From: Octopus vulgaris
Taxonomy: Eukaryota
Reading direction: 5' to 3'
Length of the DNA: 64,000 nucleotides
NCBI GenBank assembly: GCA_951406725.2
Contig: OX597825.1
Coordinates: forward strand, 63,860,001 to 63,924,000
Each line of letters opens with the position of its first letter. Position 1 is the stretch's first letter. Positions 15,770 through 29,961 of the stretch are shown here, piece by piece. Both the position numbers and the translations under genes were made by a program. The notes beneath the pieces were generated by a model, which searched no databases, was not told where the DNA came from, and saw only the letters and a list, made by a program, of their open reading frames with translations.

Positions 15770-17741
15770 CTAGCATTAATGAAATATTATTTAAATTACC
15801 AACATTTCATTCCTTTCACCTTTGATGTTTTGGGTTTAATTATACGGGCTGTAAATATGATTAGACTATTTTGTACTACACTACATACATTATGTATGTG
15901 CAATAACGTTATACGACGGTTAAGGTGACAGAATCGATAAAACATCAAACGAAATAATTTTCTCTTTAGCTACTTTAATTTTGGTTTTTAAATTCAATCA
16001 AACTCCGTTGTCCAGTTTATTTTGCAACATTCTGAGGTCCTCAACCTAGGTACATGGAGATCTGTAAAAGATTATGTCGAAACAAAAGTATCACAAATTA
16101 TCAAATGCAAATGTCTAAATTTACTAAAAACTTAGAAATAAAAGTATTTAGTGTCAAAAAGATCTGATTAAAAACAGAATTTTAAAATCTATTCAGATTA
16201 AGCTAATAATATTGCGATAAGTATTAATCGTATTGCCATTACTCAACTTCGCTGTTATTAGGAGGTATGAGGCAATTTCAAGTAGATAGAAGGACTATCT
16301 CGTATATACATTTTTGCTGTAGAATTCAATTTAGTGCAACATGTGAGGAAATGCTTATTGACGTTCATATTAATACAACTATTTACTTTCAATGGTATCA
16401 GCGAAAGTTTGGGAGAAATATTTTATGAACATAGGTACAATCAAAATCAATGAAAATTATCCTTAACATTTTAGTTAGTGGTGAGAACTACCAGGAAATT
16501 AAACCGAACATAAACAAAGGAGAGATGTAGGCTAGATGCTTCAAACGATGTTCTACTCTTAAATCAGGCACAGTTGTACAGATAGAGATGAGAAACAAAA
16601 CTGCATGTTCAAAGTATTTTCTAACCATCCCCATAGGTTATGAAATCGGACAGTTTAATACCAATTTTAATTTCGAGAATTTAGATGTATACGAAATGAT
16701 TCAAACCTTGTAATCAATATTTCAGAAGGCACAGTTATGCTAGCATGGAAATATGTTTCATAAATATCCAGCTAGATCGCAGTACTTGTCCCTTGTAGTG
16801 TTTTCCCTTTCCATAACATCTAATGTGAAGTGTTCGCTAAGAATGCATTCGGCATCAGTAATACTTTCCATATACCTATTTTAACTACATGGATTCGAAA
16901 CGAAAAGCAGCCGCATAATTCTCCTCACCGAAGAAGGAATTTAAACATATATGGTCAAATCTCCATTCTTCTTCATCTATAGCTAGTCTACAACTATATC
17001 TATTGTTCAATCTAAGTGATTACAGTATATGTGTGTTTTTCTAGCATGTAAAATTTGGTTTTGTTCGTACTGTTGCATACTCTATCGCATTATTTATAGT
17101 GATAACTTATTTATCAGGATAATGTCGTTTACTTTTAGTCTGGAAATTGTAAAGGATACACAGATAATTTCTTCGCCAGTATAAATTTTTTATGTCACAT
17201 AGTAGATACGATCGAATCACCAATCGGTGAAGTCTAAGTTGATTCACAGTGTTGTTGGACATAGCTACTTTTGTGCATATTAAGTAACAAGAAGTGAGAT
17301 ATACGTTAAGATCCAATTTGAAAGAATTCATTGCAGCTACATTTACCCCTAGGTAAGTTATATCTAATCTTTGACAGATGAAAAGTTTCCAGCCTTTCTA
17401 TTCACATCATCTTTATAAAGATGTCGTGCCGGCTTTCCTATGTCTCTTTCCTTTTTTATATAATCACCAACATGTGTGAATCTGTCAATTAGGGCGCGTA
17501 ACAAACACGATAGAAGTAATAAGCAAAAAGAAGATACAGGTGCAACGATTAACCGATGTCAAGATGTTAAGTCGCTTTCTAGTTTTTCAGTTCAGTAAAT
17601 ATTATACTAACAGTAACAAAGGGAGCTAAAATTAGAATGAGTCAGACAGGTTATTGGAGCGTGAGAGATAAAAATGAATGACAACAAAATCGACTTCAAT
17701 GCAACTTTTTTGGTTTATGTATAAGGTATTGATAATTGTTT

Positions 17742-18137
17742 AAAATTTTACCACAAGGGCAGCCCTTTTGAGGGAGGAGATGAATCGATTACATCGACCC
17801 CATCGTTCAGCTGATACTTATGTACTTATTTTATTGACCTCGAAAGGATGAAAGGAAAAGTCGACCTCGACGGAGTTTGAACTGAGAGTATGAAGCCAGA
17901 CGAAATGCCTATTTCTTTACTACCCAAAAGGGGCCAAACACAGAGAGGACAAACAAGGACAGAAAAACGGATTAAGTCGATTATATCGACCCCAGTGCGT
18001 AACTGGTACTTATTTAATCGACCCCGAAAGGATGAAAGGCAAATCGACCTCAGCGGAATTTGGACTCAGAACAAAGCCAGACGAAATGCCGCTAAGCATT
18101 TTGCCCGGCGTGCTAATGATTCTGCCAGCTCGCAACC
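17742..18137 (-). mobile_element. SINE dimer (two units with different 3' tails)
   Basis: Two cores joined at aaagaaataggcatttcgtc. Confidence 0.88.
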
Positions 18138-19383
18138 TCGTATAATTTATTAGTAATGACATCAGAATATACAATTGCGCATTTTAATTAAGAGTAAGCA
18201 AAGAGATTCTATATACCGATTATTTCACGTGTAGCACTGAATCACGTTTGACATTTATGAATCCAATTATAAATTGAAGAGAAAATAATTTCTATTTAGT
18301 TTGATAGAAAACTAGAAATCTTTCGTTTAGAGATTCAGATGATATTTTGCTGATGGTCGTTTTATTTATAATACATTTATAACTGCTTTATCTACTTCAT
18401 ATTAGCTGGAATTTTTTTTCTTATATTGAGAATACTGCATTTTACATTGAATTTTCGTTTGTTTTTCAGTTCTGTAATTTCAGATAATTAACAACATTAG
18501 AATTAGCATTTTTTACAATTCACATATGAAAACATAAAAGTAAAATAAGGAAAGATATGCTGGAAATAAATACAAGAAATAAAAAGAAAAGAAAAGCTTA
18601 AAAATCCAGTGATTTCACAAATATATGACTAGAAGTCATAAATCAAATGCAATATGTTTGTTTTAATTGTGATAGAGTATCAAAACGTGTTGATATATAG
18701 AAAGCACCTTTTGACCTTTTTGATTAATTTCACAAGTGTGACAATAAAAAATATAGTTCAATATTGCACTTATATTTATAATAATATAAAATAGCTTGGT
18801 TTAAGAGGAAAAAAAACAGATATGCCGAAAGAGAAAGCGCAAACAAAAATATTTTCAAAATTTATTACATTTGTATATAAATATATATCTACAAGAAGAA
18901 CCATCAAAAAAATCATATGATAATATTCTTAGAAATAAATAATTATTAAAAAATATTCTCGAAAAACATGGATTGAAAAATAATATTAGCTATTCATCAT
19001 TTATCTAAAATTGCTCTATTTTTAATTCAAATACATGAAGAATAGAAAACTATGCCGTTTTATTTTTCGTTTTTGATTTAGTTCGATATTTTCTGATGAA
19101 AAATCTTGTTTCCAGTTTTCATGATAGAATGTTTCACAGATATAGACCATATATTGAAATTAAAATGAAATGTGTGTAATAAGGATTACGTCTGTATCTA
19201 AATATTTCAGACAAAAAGATTGTAAAAATTTGCATTGTCATATTGAAAGAACGGCAACGCTATTCTCGCATTTCATTGTTAATGTTCGTGACAAAGAATA
19301 TTATTGATTAAAAACTATCAATACATATGCATATATAAATGCATACAAACATACATACGTGTGTGTGAGCGTATGGTTTTGTG

Positions 19384-19415
<32 letters not shown>

Positions 19416-19570
19416 CCGGAGTAAGCACATAAATGTTAAACAAGGAGGGAAAGAGAGTACTCAAATACCCGAGGTAGAGTAATACGCCTTATTTAAAAGC
19501 AGCAGAAATATTACAAGAGGTGTTACTCAGAGTTTCACGTTCCCGTTCGTCGGACAGTTTTCTTATTTTA
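19416..19570 (-). mobile_element. Penelope-like terminal repeat fragment abutting (AT)n
   Basis: Contains a hammerhead fold; a related degenerate copy (ccagagtaagcaca...aaacaagg) lies at 49790-49960, also next to (AT)n. Confidence 0.6.
19521..19556 (-). ncRNA. Minimal type-I hammerhead ribozyme motif, U4C core variant
   Basis: Minus strand: ugu-CCGACGA-ACG ggaa CGU-GAAA-CUCuGAG-U-A-aca; stems I-III all formable; GUA cleavage triplet. Confidence 0.7.
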
Positions 19571-20309
19571 ACAGATAAAATATAAAATATAAACATATAG
19601 GAATAGTTATAGAATTCTAAAAAGCTATGGAGACTCCTGATGATTGGGTTTGCAATTAAGACATGTTTCTGAAAAAAAGTGAGAGTCTCGGGAACGTTAA
19701 ACGCACCTCATGAAACAGGTGTAGAAAAGAAATTTGGAACTGAAATAGTAAGTATTAAAATAAAATTCTATGATATGGTGTGATGTATATTGGGAGTTCA
19801 TGAATTGCATGGGGACCTCTATCTCTAAATGACATATATATATGTGTGTGTGTGTTTGTGTATTCTCATCACAGATGGAGACGAGGACCATGTTGCATTC
19901 TTGCTAGGTGCTGAGTAAGGCCTCACTACGAAACCAATCTTAGCCTTACTAACCCACAAAGAGAGAATAGTTATCAACCATTGCGGTGTTGAGCAGTCTT
20001 TCTCTTTCGATATCAGCGTATATAGCTGGTTCCCTAGATTATGTAACTTATTCATTTCTATGCCGTGCAACATGCTGGATAGCACGCTGGGTAGCGCGCT
20101 GGACTGTTACAGTATTATTCACTTATGCCGGCTGTGTGGACTAGAGCAACCTGCAATAAAGTGTTGTGCTCTTGATCGTAAAATTCTAGTTCAGACTCCT
20201 GTACAGATCGATACATTCTTGAGCAAAATACACGTACACAGGCACACTTACAAATATACATACATACGTACGTATGTACGTATATACACACACACAAACA
20301 CACTAGCTT

Positions 20310-20545
20310 TCTATCCGCTCAGTCGAAGTCGACTCTCGGTTACTGGTTGGATCAGTGTCCTCCAGTCAATTCTATCCTGGGCCGCTTCATTCATATTGGC
20401 TATGTCCATTCCGGTATCACTCTTGATGGTGTCAAGCCAGCAGGTTCTTGGTCGGCATCTTCCTCTCTTGCCACTGACCATTCCGAGCATGACGTCCTTC
20501 TCCAGGGATTCTCTCCGCATAATATGACCGAAATATGCCAATACA
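20310..20545 (-). mobile_element. RTE (BovB-like) LINE 3' end
   Basis: YFGHIMRRESLEKDVMLGMVSGKRGRCRPRTCWLD...AQDRIDWR; same family as 57851-58345. Confidence 0.9.
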
Positions 20546-20714
20546 ATAAAAATTCTGCTATGTGAAATTGAAGTAAATGTAATCATATGTAAAGCAATAA
20601 GACTTCAAGTCAAGAATTCAAATTTTCAAATATGCCTTAGTTCTTATCTCATTCAATAAAGAAAAAATCTACAATTAATCCGAGGGGGGCACAATCACTT
20701 GCGCAGTGTATAAA

Positions 20715-20932
20715 TATTGGGTGGTCCGGAAAGTTCGTGCCGATTTTTAAAGGAAAGAAAATGGTCAATAAATACATGCCATTACATTTTGAATCAACCA
20801 AAGATGGAGACAATGCGTCTCCATCTTTCCTTTAACTTGAAAATACCCTCTTCCTTGAATTGAGGTGCCTCGGAGGGTAAGTCGAAAGGTAAGCTACTAT
20901 CAATCGGCACGAACTTTCCGGACAACCGAAAA
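20715..20932. mobile_element. mariner-derived MITE
   Basis: TIRs ttgggtggtccggaaagttcgtgccgat / atcggcacgaactttccggacaacc. Confidence 0.85.
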
Positions 20933-20944
20933 CATATCTATATA

Positions 20945-21125
20945 GAAATAATAATAAAGGGAAAACTTAATTAATCATTTAATAATTGATAATGTTACCA
21001 AGTAGTTCGGTATGTTAAAAGAACCATTATCGGTAAACGTATGCAAAAATTCTATAATTATGAGCCTAATTAAAATTGCTGAACCCTAATAATAATTATG
21101 CTCATAATTATAGAATTTTTGTATC
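20945..21125. repeat. Small inverted junction (25-bp arms, 21041-21065 / 21100-21124) beside a degenerate hammerhead-like motif
   Basis: atgcaaaaattctataattatgagc / gctcataattatagaatttttgtat; minus strand CCGAUAA-UGGU...ACC-GAAC. Confidence 0.5.
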
Positions 21126-22754
21126 TGTATAGAAAGGTAGCGATATGTTCATACTGTTACATGCTCCTCTGAATATATGCATATACATGTAGGTATAGGT
21201 TAAAATATATGTGTGCGCGCGTGTGTGAGTGGCGTGTGTATATTAGAACGTGGCCTCCGTCCCACTGAATTATTTGCTGAATATAATGTAAAGATATAAA
21301 TCATAGCCTATCTGACTGATCCCTCATGTTTGGACTACTTGTTTCCTGCGGCAGAGAGGAAAACTTGCTGAAACTTACATAATTCGTCATGCATTATAGA
21401 ATATCAAATACATATTGAATCATATTTGTGTAAGTGTAATTTATATTGAACAGATTTCAGGTCTTTGGAGAATATGGAACTCTCAAGCGAACATTAACTT
21501 CCAGAATTTACGCACGTATACTGATGCCTGAATATATATTCTTACACTCCAGAATCGTATTTGCATACGGTAATTTGATATTTCGACTGAGCGTTAGTCT
21601 TGAAAATTTTAGAATAGTAAATTTAATTCAGTTTGTGAATTGAATTAATATCAGCGCCAGTGAGAAAGCCTCTGCTTGGTCTCACAACGTATTGCAAATT
21701 ACAGCTACATATTCTTACAATGGTGTATGTTTTAGAAGTACTGAAAGCAAATGTTCTCACTGATATATATGACAAAAGATAACACTCCTTACAGCAATAA
21801 ATATGATATTACGTTTTGACTCAATCAGGATGGCAAGTTTGGGTAGTTTTGTTTGGGTAGTTTTATTTCTTCGATCAGCAATACTATACATATAATGCCA
21901 TGGAATATAAGTACTCGATATTACAGTTGGTAAATATTACTCAATAGATCCGGCTTATTATATATACTTATGCATTTTCTATACACATGTATACAAACAG
22001 AAAGAGAGAAATGGAAGATATATAATATGCTAAGTCTTACTGTATCCCAAATGAACTGTGCTAATTTTACATTCACCATCATCAAATAATTAACAGCATT
22101 GATAATAATAATCCTGTTTATGATATATTTTTCATACTTTTTGAGAAGAGAATGTTTAATGGTCTACAAAATCACGTATTTTTAAGATAATATAGTTGTG
22201 ACTAAACTCTATCACTCTTGGTGACTAAGAAGACCTGAGTAAAAAACAATATATATCATGTGTGCCTCACTAACCCCAACAAGTTTATAGTAGCATCATT
22301 TATTAAACTATTTAATCATGGAGATATACCAAAACTACCAACAAAGTAAACGCTGATATACAGTATTAAAGGAGGTTAAAATCTACGTTTGTCAAATTCT
22401 TAGTGAATCATAGTAGTCATATAAACATGAACCAAAACTTCATTAAGTGATGGTTGTTGCAACCTAATATAGCTTTAACAAGTCTTTTTTATTGTTGATT
22501 CATTACAAATTAGCCAGATATGGCAGGCGTTTAAGAGACAGATTCTCTTAGTTTCTTTTTAATCAAAAGTAACTGTTATGTCGCACGTTCCAATGACATC
22601 TACTCTACTTCTCTGCTGCTCTCATCTTTCTGCTACTCAACTGTTCTACCGACGTCTAGGCTTCTCCCTCTATATATGTGTATTGAGCTAGCCTAGTTCT
22701 TCGTCTAGGGGGCGTCCACACAATTGTAACTACAAAATTGCATATTCGCTGGGT

Positions 22755-23038
22755 CAAATTGGCAGTGGGCTACTCCTGAAATTAATTGAGTGGCATTCTG
22801 AAGATTTACCCTTTTTCTCTAAGTTATAAGATGTCAATGCAAGATAGATGAGCCAAAAACATCCTTGAATCGTATCCATCCAAACTTTTCCAGCCTGAAA
22901 TGCTTGACTTTCAATTGCAAAATAGAAAAAGGAGTCTGCATTGCGGTCAATTCAGCGCCAAGGTCCATAAAATTCTAAGAGTATTACTCTTCATATTTGT
23001 TATAACAGAGGAATGTTTGTGATTGTCTTTTCCTGCAG
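22755..23038 (-). pseudogene. Exon-like remnant, fibronectin type III-like, frameshifted
   Basis: Acceptor ttttgaaag|; AGKDNHKHSSVITNMKSNTLRILWTLALN, then shifted frame ...YLALTSYNLEKKGKSSECHSINFRS. Confidence 0.45.
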
Positions 23039-23545
23039 CTTTCAAAATAATTACCATCGTATATGCTTCAAATTCCCGCTGACATAAATTTATCATCCTG
23101 TTCTCACAGTTCCGAGAACAATAAAATGAAAATCCAGCCAGGGATTGCGGTCAATATATCCGTTTGAACACCTTCCCCAAATTGCCTGTCTCGCAAATTT
23201 GTTGGAAACACTTAACAAGACAGTCTCTAAGACGCAAACTCACATTCAATTTATTGTAAGCCACATTTAATAAAATGATATCACGACAGCTCCGAGCAAT
23301 GAACCCGTATTTAGACGTTTATATTCGAAATAATTGAACAGATAGTTTCTTTTTAATGGAACTGATGTATATAAGTGCATATAAATATAACAGAATATTA
23401 CTGTTAATAACTTGAACCGCAAGATTTCCATTAGAGAGTCATTGTCATGTTTGTACGTCATAAAGAAAATGATAGAAAGAATATCTTGTTGCTTTATTGG
23501 AAAAACATCCCACAAAATGGGTATTATATTGATATAATCCATTAC

Positions 23546-23920
<375 letters not shown>

Positions 23921-24301
23921 TTAATGTATGGAAGAGTTTATGTATATGTACTGAAAATATATTATCTGTGGCAAAATATGTTTGCGATCAAAGTGCAGCA
24001 TTTATCAAATGTTTCATGATAAAATATATATATAATTCTTGTCAAAGAGCTTTCAAATCTCATCACAGGGAAGATAAGACAAAAGATGGTGACAACTTAA
24101 TTCCAAGTAAATCGTAAGAAGTCTATTACGTCAAAGAACAGCAATACCAGGAAATTACTCGCTATAAAAACAAGTAGACGTGAAGATTGGAAGAACGTAA
24201 TGCTTCTCTTCATTCTCTTACTCTTTCTCTCTCACATTCTCCCTATCACGCCCAGTATATATTTACATGTGCGTATGCATGTGAGTCTGTGCGTGCACGT
24301 A

Positions 24302-24355
<54 letters not shown>

Positions 24356-24385
24356 GATAATACATTCGTTTAGCAAGATTATATA

Positions 24386-24430
<45 letters not shown>

Positions 24431-24451
24431 CATTCGTCTTGCAAGATTATA

Positions 24452-24486
<35 letters not shown>

Positions 24487-25296
24487 GATGGATAGATATA
24501 TAGATAGATAGATAGATTGAGAGTTTGATAACAATAGATAAATAAATGAAGAAATACATCAACGTGTATATACGTTTATACACAAGAGAATGTATCGATG
24601 TGTTTATATATCCATACATGTACGAATTTATAAGTATGTACGTATATATACGTATATGTGTATGATTATATCGATATATGTATTGAAGTATTTATATGTT
24701 TAAGTGAATGCATTGCCTGAATGTTTATGCGTACATACTTATACACAAGCACACACATACGTATTTTCTGTATTAATGCTAGAGCGTGTATGTGTGTTTG
24801 CGGGTGAATCGATGTGAGAATCGATGCTTCTATATGTATGGGTTTCTATGATGAGTTAACTGTTTATACATGTGTATATGTGTGTGAGTATACATTTATA
24901 TGCGTATATATCTTTATACATATAAATAGATAAACAGACTAACGTACTGACGTATAGAAGAGAGATAAAATATGAAACTGTATATTTTTCTTGCATAATG
25001 TTGAATTATATTTCTTTCATGACTTTAGAGACCATATTGATAATATTGATAAACCTTATAACACTAAAACAAGTAATGGCATCTTGTGAACTGATAGAAG
25101 AATATGAAAGACGCTATTCTAAGAGTTTCCAATACATACATGCATACCCACACATATATATATATAGGTATATACATATATGTGTGTGTTTGTGTATATA
25201 TATATATACATATATATATACATAGATATATGTATATATAGGTATATGCGTATATATACATATACATATATATATATATATATATTCATATATATA

Positions 25297-25335
<39 letters not shown>

Positions 25336-26025
25336 GGACCTCTCTCTCTCTCTCTATATATATATATCTATATATATATACACGCGCGTGTGTGTATGTT
25401 TTTGCGTTTGTATATTTGCCTATCGATAAGCGAGAAAACAAGTTTGTAGTACTTAAACCAAACATCCAGCAGAAGAAACATGATAGTTTTTAACAACAGT
25501 TCTTATAAACAATGGGCTCTTAAAGATGGGAGCTAAATCTTTAGAAACATTCCAGTATCATTCATCGTATACCTAATTCTATATTTCTTACGTAATGATC
25601 GAACGCAAAATTATTTATTTAAAGAAATCCACTTAAATATACATCAAAATCTAAGTGCTTTATATAGACATGTAGTTGTGAATATGGGGAAGGATGTTAA
25701 ATTTTCTTATTGAAAAAATAAAAATAATAGTGATTTACCGACACATTCAGTTTGGTACCCTGTATATTTTCAAGAAAAGCGCAACTGGCAGTGGTCACAG
25801 ACCACACTAATCAAAGTAACGCTGAAATATAAATGATAAATATGAAATTGTGAGCCCAGATACATTCAGTCATTCATCACATTCGGTAGGCTTAAAAGCA
25901 AATTCAACCACACTAAGATTTAAGATATGAGCATTTATAGAATGACATATGCTCCGTTGGTCAAAGTTGAAAAGTTTCCCACCCTTAAAATATGGCATTC
26001 GATATGTGTGTACGTGCGTGTGTGT

Positions 26026-26067
<42 letters not shown>

Positions 26068-26446
26068 CACGAAAGAAAGAAGAAAAACTCACCGTCGTTT
26101 GGGGCAGGATATTTGTATTGCGCAGTTCTTATCATGCTGCAAACACGTTTATTTCCTCATTTCCCCATTATAATAATTCTACATTATTTTGTATTTTTGT
26201 TCTGTTTCTCTTCGGTCTGTCTAACCTTTTCTCTCTTTCTCTCTCTCGCTCTCTCTCACACACTCACGCACGCACACGCACTCACACACACCGTGTACTC
26301 ACACACTATTGCCAATCTATCTATTATGTCCAATCAGAGAATATCATTCACCGACGTAAAGAACTACCGTAAATCTTATACGTTTCGTACCCTTCAAAGC
26401 AATGCAATTTATTGCATTTTGCGATGTGTAAGCCTACAAATTATAG

Positions 26447-26900
26447 TGGAGGCGCGTGGTTAAGTGGCTAGGGAACCAGACTCATTATCGTAAGATTCAG
26501 GTTTCGATTCCTGGACCGAGCGACATTTTCTTCTTCTTGGGCAAAGCACTTCATTCACGTTGCTCCAGTTCACTCAGCGGGCAAAATTTAGTAGTACTGT
26601 GATGGACTGGTCTCCCCATTCTGGTACCAAATTTATACTCTATGGAAACCGGGACACGAGAAGGAAACTTTACTTATGTGGAGTCTCGTGGCTTAATGGT
26701 TAAGGTGTTTGACCCATGAGTCTAAGATTGTGGTTTTGATTCCTGAACACGGCAAAACACTTCATTTCATACTGCTCCAATCCAATCAGCTGGCAAAAAT
26801 GAGTAATCTTGCGACGGACTGGCGTCCCCTCCAGGTGGGGATTGTATACGCCATGGAAACCGGGAAGCCGGTCCTTATGAGGTAAAGGCTTTACCTTTAA
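26447..26900 (+). mobile_element. Two adjacent tRNA-derived CORE-type SINEs
   Basis: Heads ggaggcgcgtggttaagtgg...ggtttcgattcctgg (26447) and ggagtctcgtggcttaatgg...ttttgattcctg (26680); CORE-like gcaaa.cacttcatt. Confidence 0.8.
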
Positions 26901-27089
26901 CTACAAATTACCGAAGCATGTGTCATCTCTATTGTGGTTACTATATATTAATGTAACATTATTCGACAGATTCTGTGCATTTAGTTTCAAAATTAAAATT
27001 CCAAATTGTATATAACTTGAATAACAAAGTCTGTAAAGTACTTCAACACATCTCTTCTTTCAATTCCAGAACTGCTAACTTATATATTG

Positions 27090-27520
27090 TAGTAGGCGTC
27101 AGTCGGTCTTGAGAGCCCACGGATCTGCGTCCAAAGAAATCGTGTCAGCAGCTGATGATGGTGCAGCGTATGTGATGAATGTACAGGCCCACTCAGGAGT
27201 GGCAGTCACGCATACAGCGACTGCATTTGAAGGAACTCTTTGTCGTTGCTGCTGCCCACTCAGAGACATAGTTCATTGTTGATCACTGCTGTTTTGCGTG
27301 TGCCGCTGATTCTTTTGAAGGTCCTCTGGCAGACCATTTGTCATGGTCCTTCTGTTTCAACATCCGAATCTGAATGCTGCATTTTTCGCTGTCTGCTTGC
27401 TTGTTTGTTAATTTTTCTTGGTTCAGTGTTTACAGTTCACGATTTGGTATGTTAGTTTCCCTAAGCTTCTCGTACCAAGTGGAGCAGGTGGCTTGTGACG
27501 GGACAAACCTAACCTGAGTA
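27090..27520 (-). mobile_element. RTE-type LINE 3' fragment
   Basis: Minus frame CSRCMRDCHS*VGLYIHHIRC resembles the C-terminal C2H2-like motif of RTE elements; short (CTA)-like tail at 27090. Confidence 0.6.
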
Positions 27521-27706
27521 GAGATCTACTTTCAATTTCTACATACTACTTCATTCTCTTATGCAGCCTGCTATACTGAATATTCTCAGACATTCACTTA
27601 TCCATGAGTGTCGGATCATGTCATACTCATCTAGTGTTGGATCTTGTCATATTTATGTATGAATGTGGGATCATGTCATATTTTTTCTTCACTATGGGTC
27701 ATGATA

Positions 27707-27742
<36 letters not shown>

Positions 27743-27959
27743 AAGTAGAATTACATGAAACATGAAGAAAATAGTAAACGTGTAGCATAAACATGAAAGG
27801 GATAGCAAAACAACAACGTTATTAGTAACGAAAAGAAGAGTCAGGGACATAATGCAGAATAAACGATTTAGAAAATATGTCAAAACATACGGCCAAGTAA
27901 TTAAGAATAAAATGTAGGTAGTATTCAATAAATAACACTAATAATTATATAAAATGCAT

Positions 27960-28101
27960 ATAAGATCTATTGAATAATGACCGTCTCCACACAGATAATA
28001 ACCCTTTGAATGATGCATGAATATAGCGCCATAGGTCTCCGTTTGCTTTTCATTGAACACACTGGAAAGGGTGTGGTTAAATTATTTCTGCAAGGAATGA
28101 T
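27960..28101 (-). pseudogene. Exon-like remnant (propeller-blade-like)
   Basis: Acceptor gcttttcag|; IIPCRNNL...RRPMAL / HASFKGLL resembles P..L.VDP..GYLFW; degenerate. Confidence 0.25.
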
Positions 28102-29227
28102 CTGAAAAGCATCCGATGTTTTGAAAGTATTTCTGTTTCAATTTCTAATTCATTTTCGTGGTGGATATTTTTTTGCATTTGAGCACTACTTCCTTTGCAC
28201 CAAATAATATGTGGTTCTTTCTTTCATAGCTAAATCCATTTCCTTTGCTCTAAGATTGAACGATATTTATAGCGAAAAAGGAAGAATTTGAAGCATTTAT
28301 CACCGTTTTCACTTTATTGCATTCAACGGGCTCACTTGCACAATTCTGCAACATTCGGTTACTTCTTGTTTTTCCTGTAATTTACACATCTTTTCCGGCT
28401 TCCACCTGGTTCTGATAAAGATTCATTAGAAATCTATTCATCTTCCAGCCCCAATTTTCTCTTAGTCACGTGCTTGATGCAATTTCGTTTTCTAGAAATA
28501 ACCCTTAGGAATATTGTCTTCGTGGAGTCATGAAAATGAGATCATATTTGCGATTGCATACAATTTTTTTTTTTTATGATATGGTACTTAAATTTTGATT
28601 ATTTTTTTTAGATACCTCTACATAATTGGAGCTCAAGAAATTCATTATTAAATATGCATTATTTTTCTCGCAAAATGTTGGTGTTTGCCGTGTATCATAC
28701 AGCAGTCTATCAATTGTTGCACGAATAAGTGAATTATAGTGAAATACTAAGCTTGGATAGAATTCTACAACATTCCTTCCTCACATTTGGCTTACATTAT
28801 CATACGTTATTATTTCCTCTAGTTTTTCTTTACTTTCCTTGCACAAGGAAGATGGAAAATGAAAAGGTTCACGTCCAACCGTTCACGTAAGCTTTCACTT
28901 TCCAACTTCTCATCATATTCAATAGACAATTTGATGCAACTGGTTATGAAGGAAGAAGTGTTATTGGAATTTCTAATCAGCCTTTCAACACGAGGCGGTA
29001 GTGCTCCCATTCGATAATCCGAGGCTGTACATGGCGGTATTCTTCTGACGACAGTCCCTAGGTCTTGCTGTGGCTATTACAAATACTTTTATAGTTATAT
29101 ATATATATAAATATATATATGAATTGGCCTTTTCATCTCTTCTGGGTCGAAGACATTGAAATGACATTTAAGGTGATACTAGAATACTCTGCATCGGTAT
29201 GTGTGTGGGTATGGGGTGTGTGTGTGT

Positions 29228-29265
<38 letters not shown>

Positions 29266-29339
29266 GGCTTAACATACGCCGAAACAGCCTCAGCTTAAGT
29301 ATGCTTTATGCTACATTAGCTTCCACGTCGTGAGGTTTG

Positions 29340-29450
29340 CAGTATTTCGTCTGTCAATATGTTCTGAGTTCAAATTCCGCCGAGGTCGACTTTGCCTTTC
29401 ATCATTGCGGTGTCCATAAATTAAGTACCAGTTGCATTCTGAGATGAATT
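29340..29450 (+). mobile_element. SINE internal fragment
   Basis: gtatttcgtctg...gagttcaaattccgccgaggtcgactttgcctttcatc. Confidence 0.85.
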
Positions 29451-29589
29451 AATACAAAATGTCTTTTCTTGTTTCTACTCTACATGGGATGTGTATCCCT
29501 ACAAAGAATCTTTTACTATCATTCATAATTTCTTTGTTTTATTTTTATCTTGCAATTTCCGAAAATGCGTGTAATCAGGCCTGGCAAAG

Positions 29590-29961
29590 CCGAATTACAT
29601 TGCCGGTCACTTTAATTACAGAAAGCTTTTTGAGGGCCGTTTGTATACTTTACCGGCCTCCCCTCTACACGCCAGTGATGTTTCGACCCATTGACTACTA
29701 TTTTTTAAAGCATTTAAACATGCTTTTAAGTGATGAAACTCACAGGTCCAAACCAGAGATGGAATCAGCTTTCAAATATTTCTTAGCATCAAAGCCAATA
29801 AGTTTATATCAACGAGGCATAAATAATCTCGTTGATTGATAGCATAGATGCTTAGATGTTTACGGCTCATATTTTAACTAATCAAAACATTTCCGTTGTT
29901 AATTGTCCCAGAATAAAATCATATTTCTGGAATCGGCCATTATTTTCGGAACAACCTAATA
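29590..29961 (+). mobile_element. mariner 3' remnant with TIR
   Basis: PPLYTP...PIDYYFLKHLN...YQRGINNLVD (cf. YSPDLAPSDYHLF; Y..GI..L..RW); TIR ...cggaacaacctaata. Confidence 0.8.

Noticed and set aside
26447-26530. tRNA gene (also 51690-51765 and 6373-6460)
   Set aside because: A/B-box heads run into SINE bodies and no clean cloverleaf is evident.
28300-28560. piggyBac-like C-terminal Cys-rich relic (RKRC...NK) on the minus strand
   Set aside because: Too degenerate; no TIR or TTAA support.
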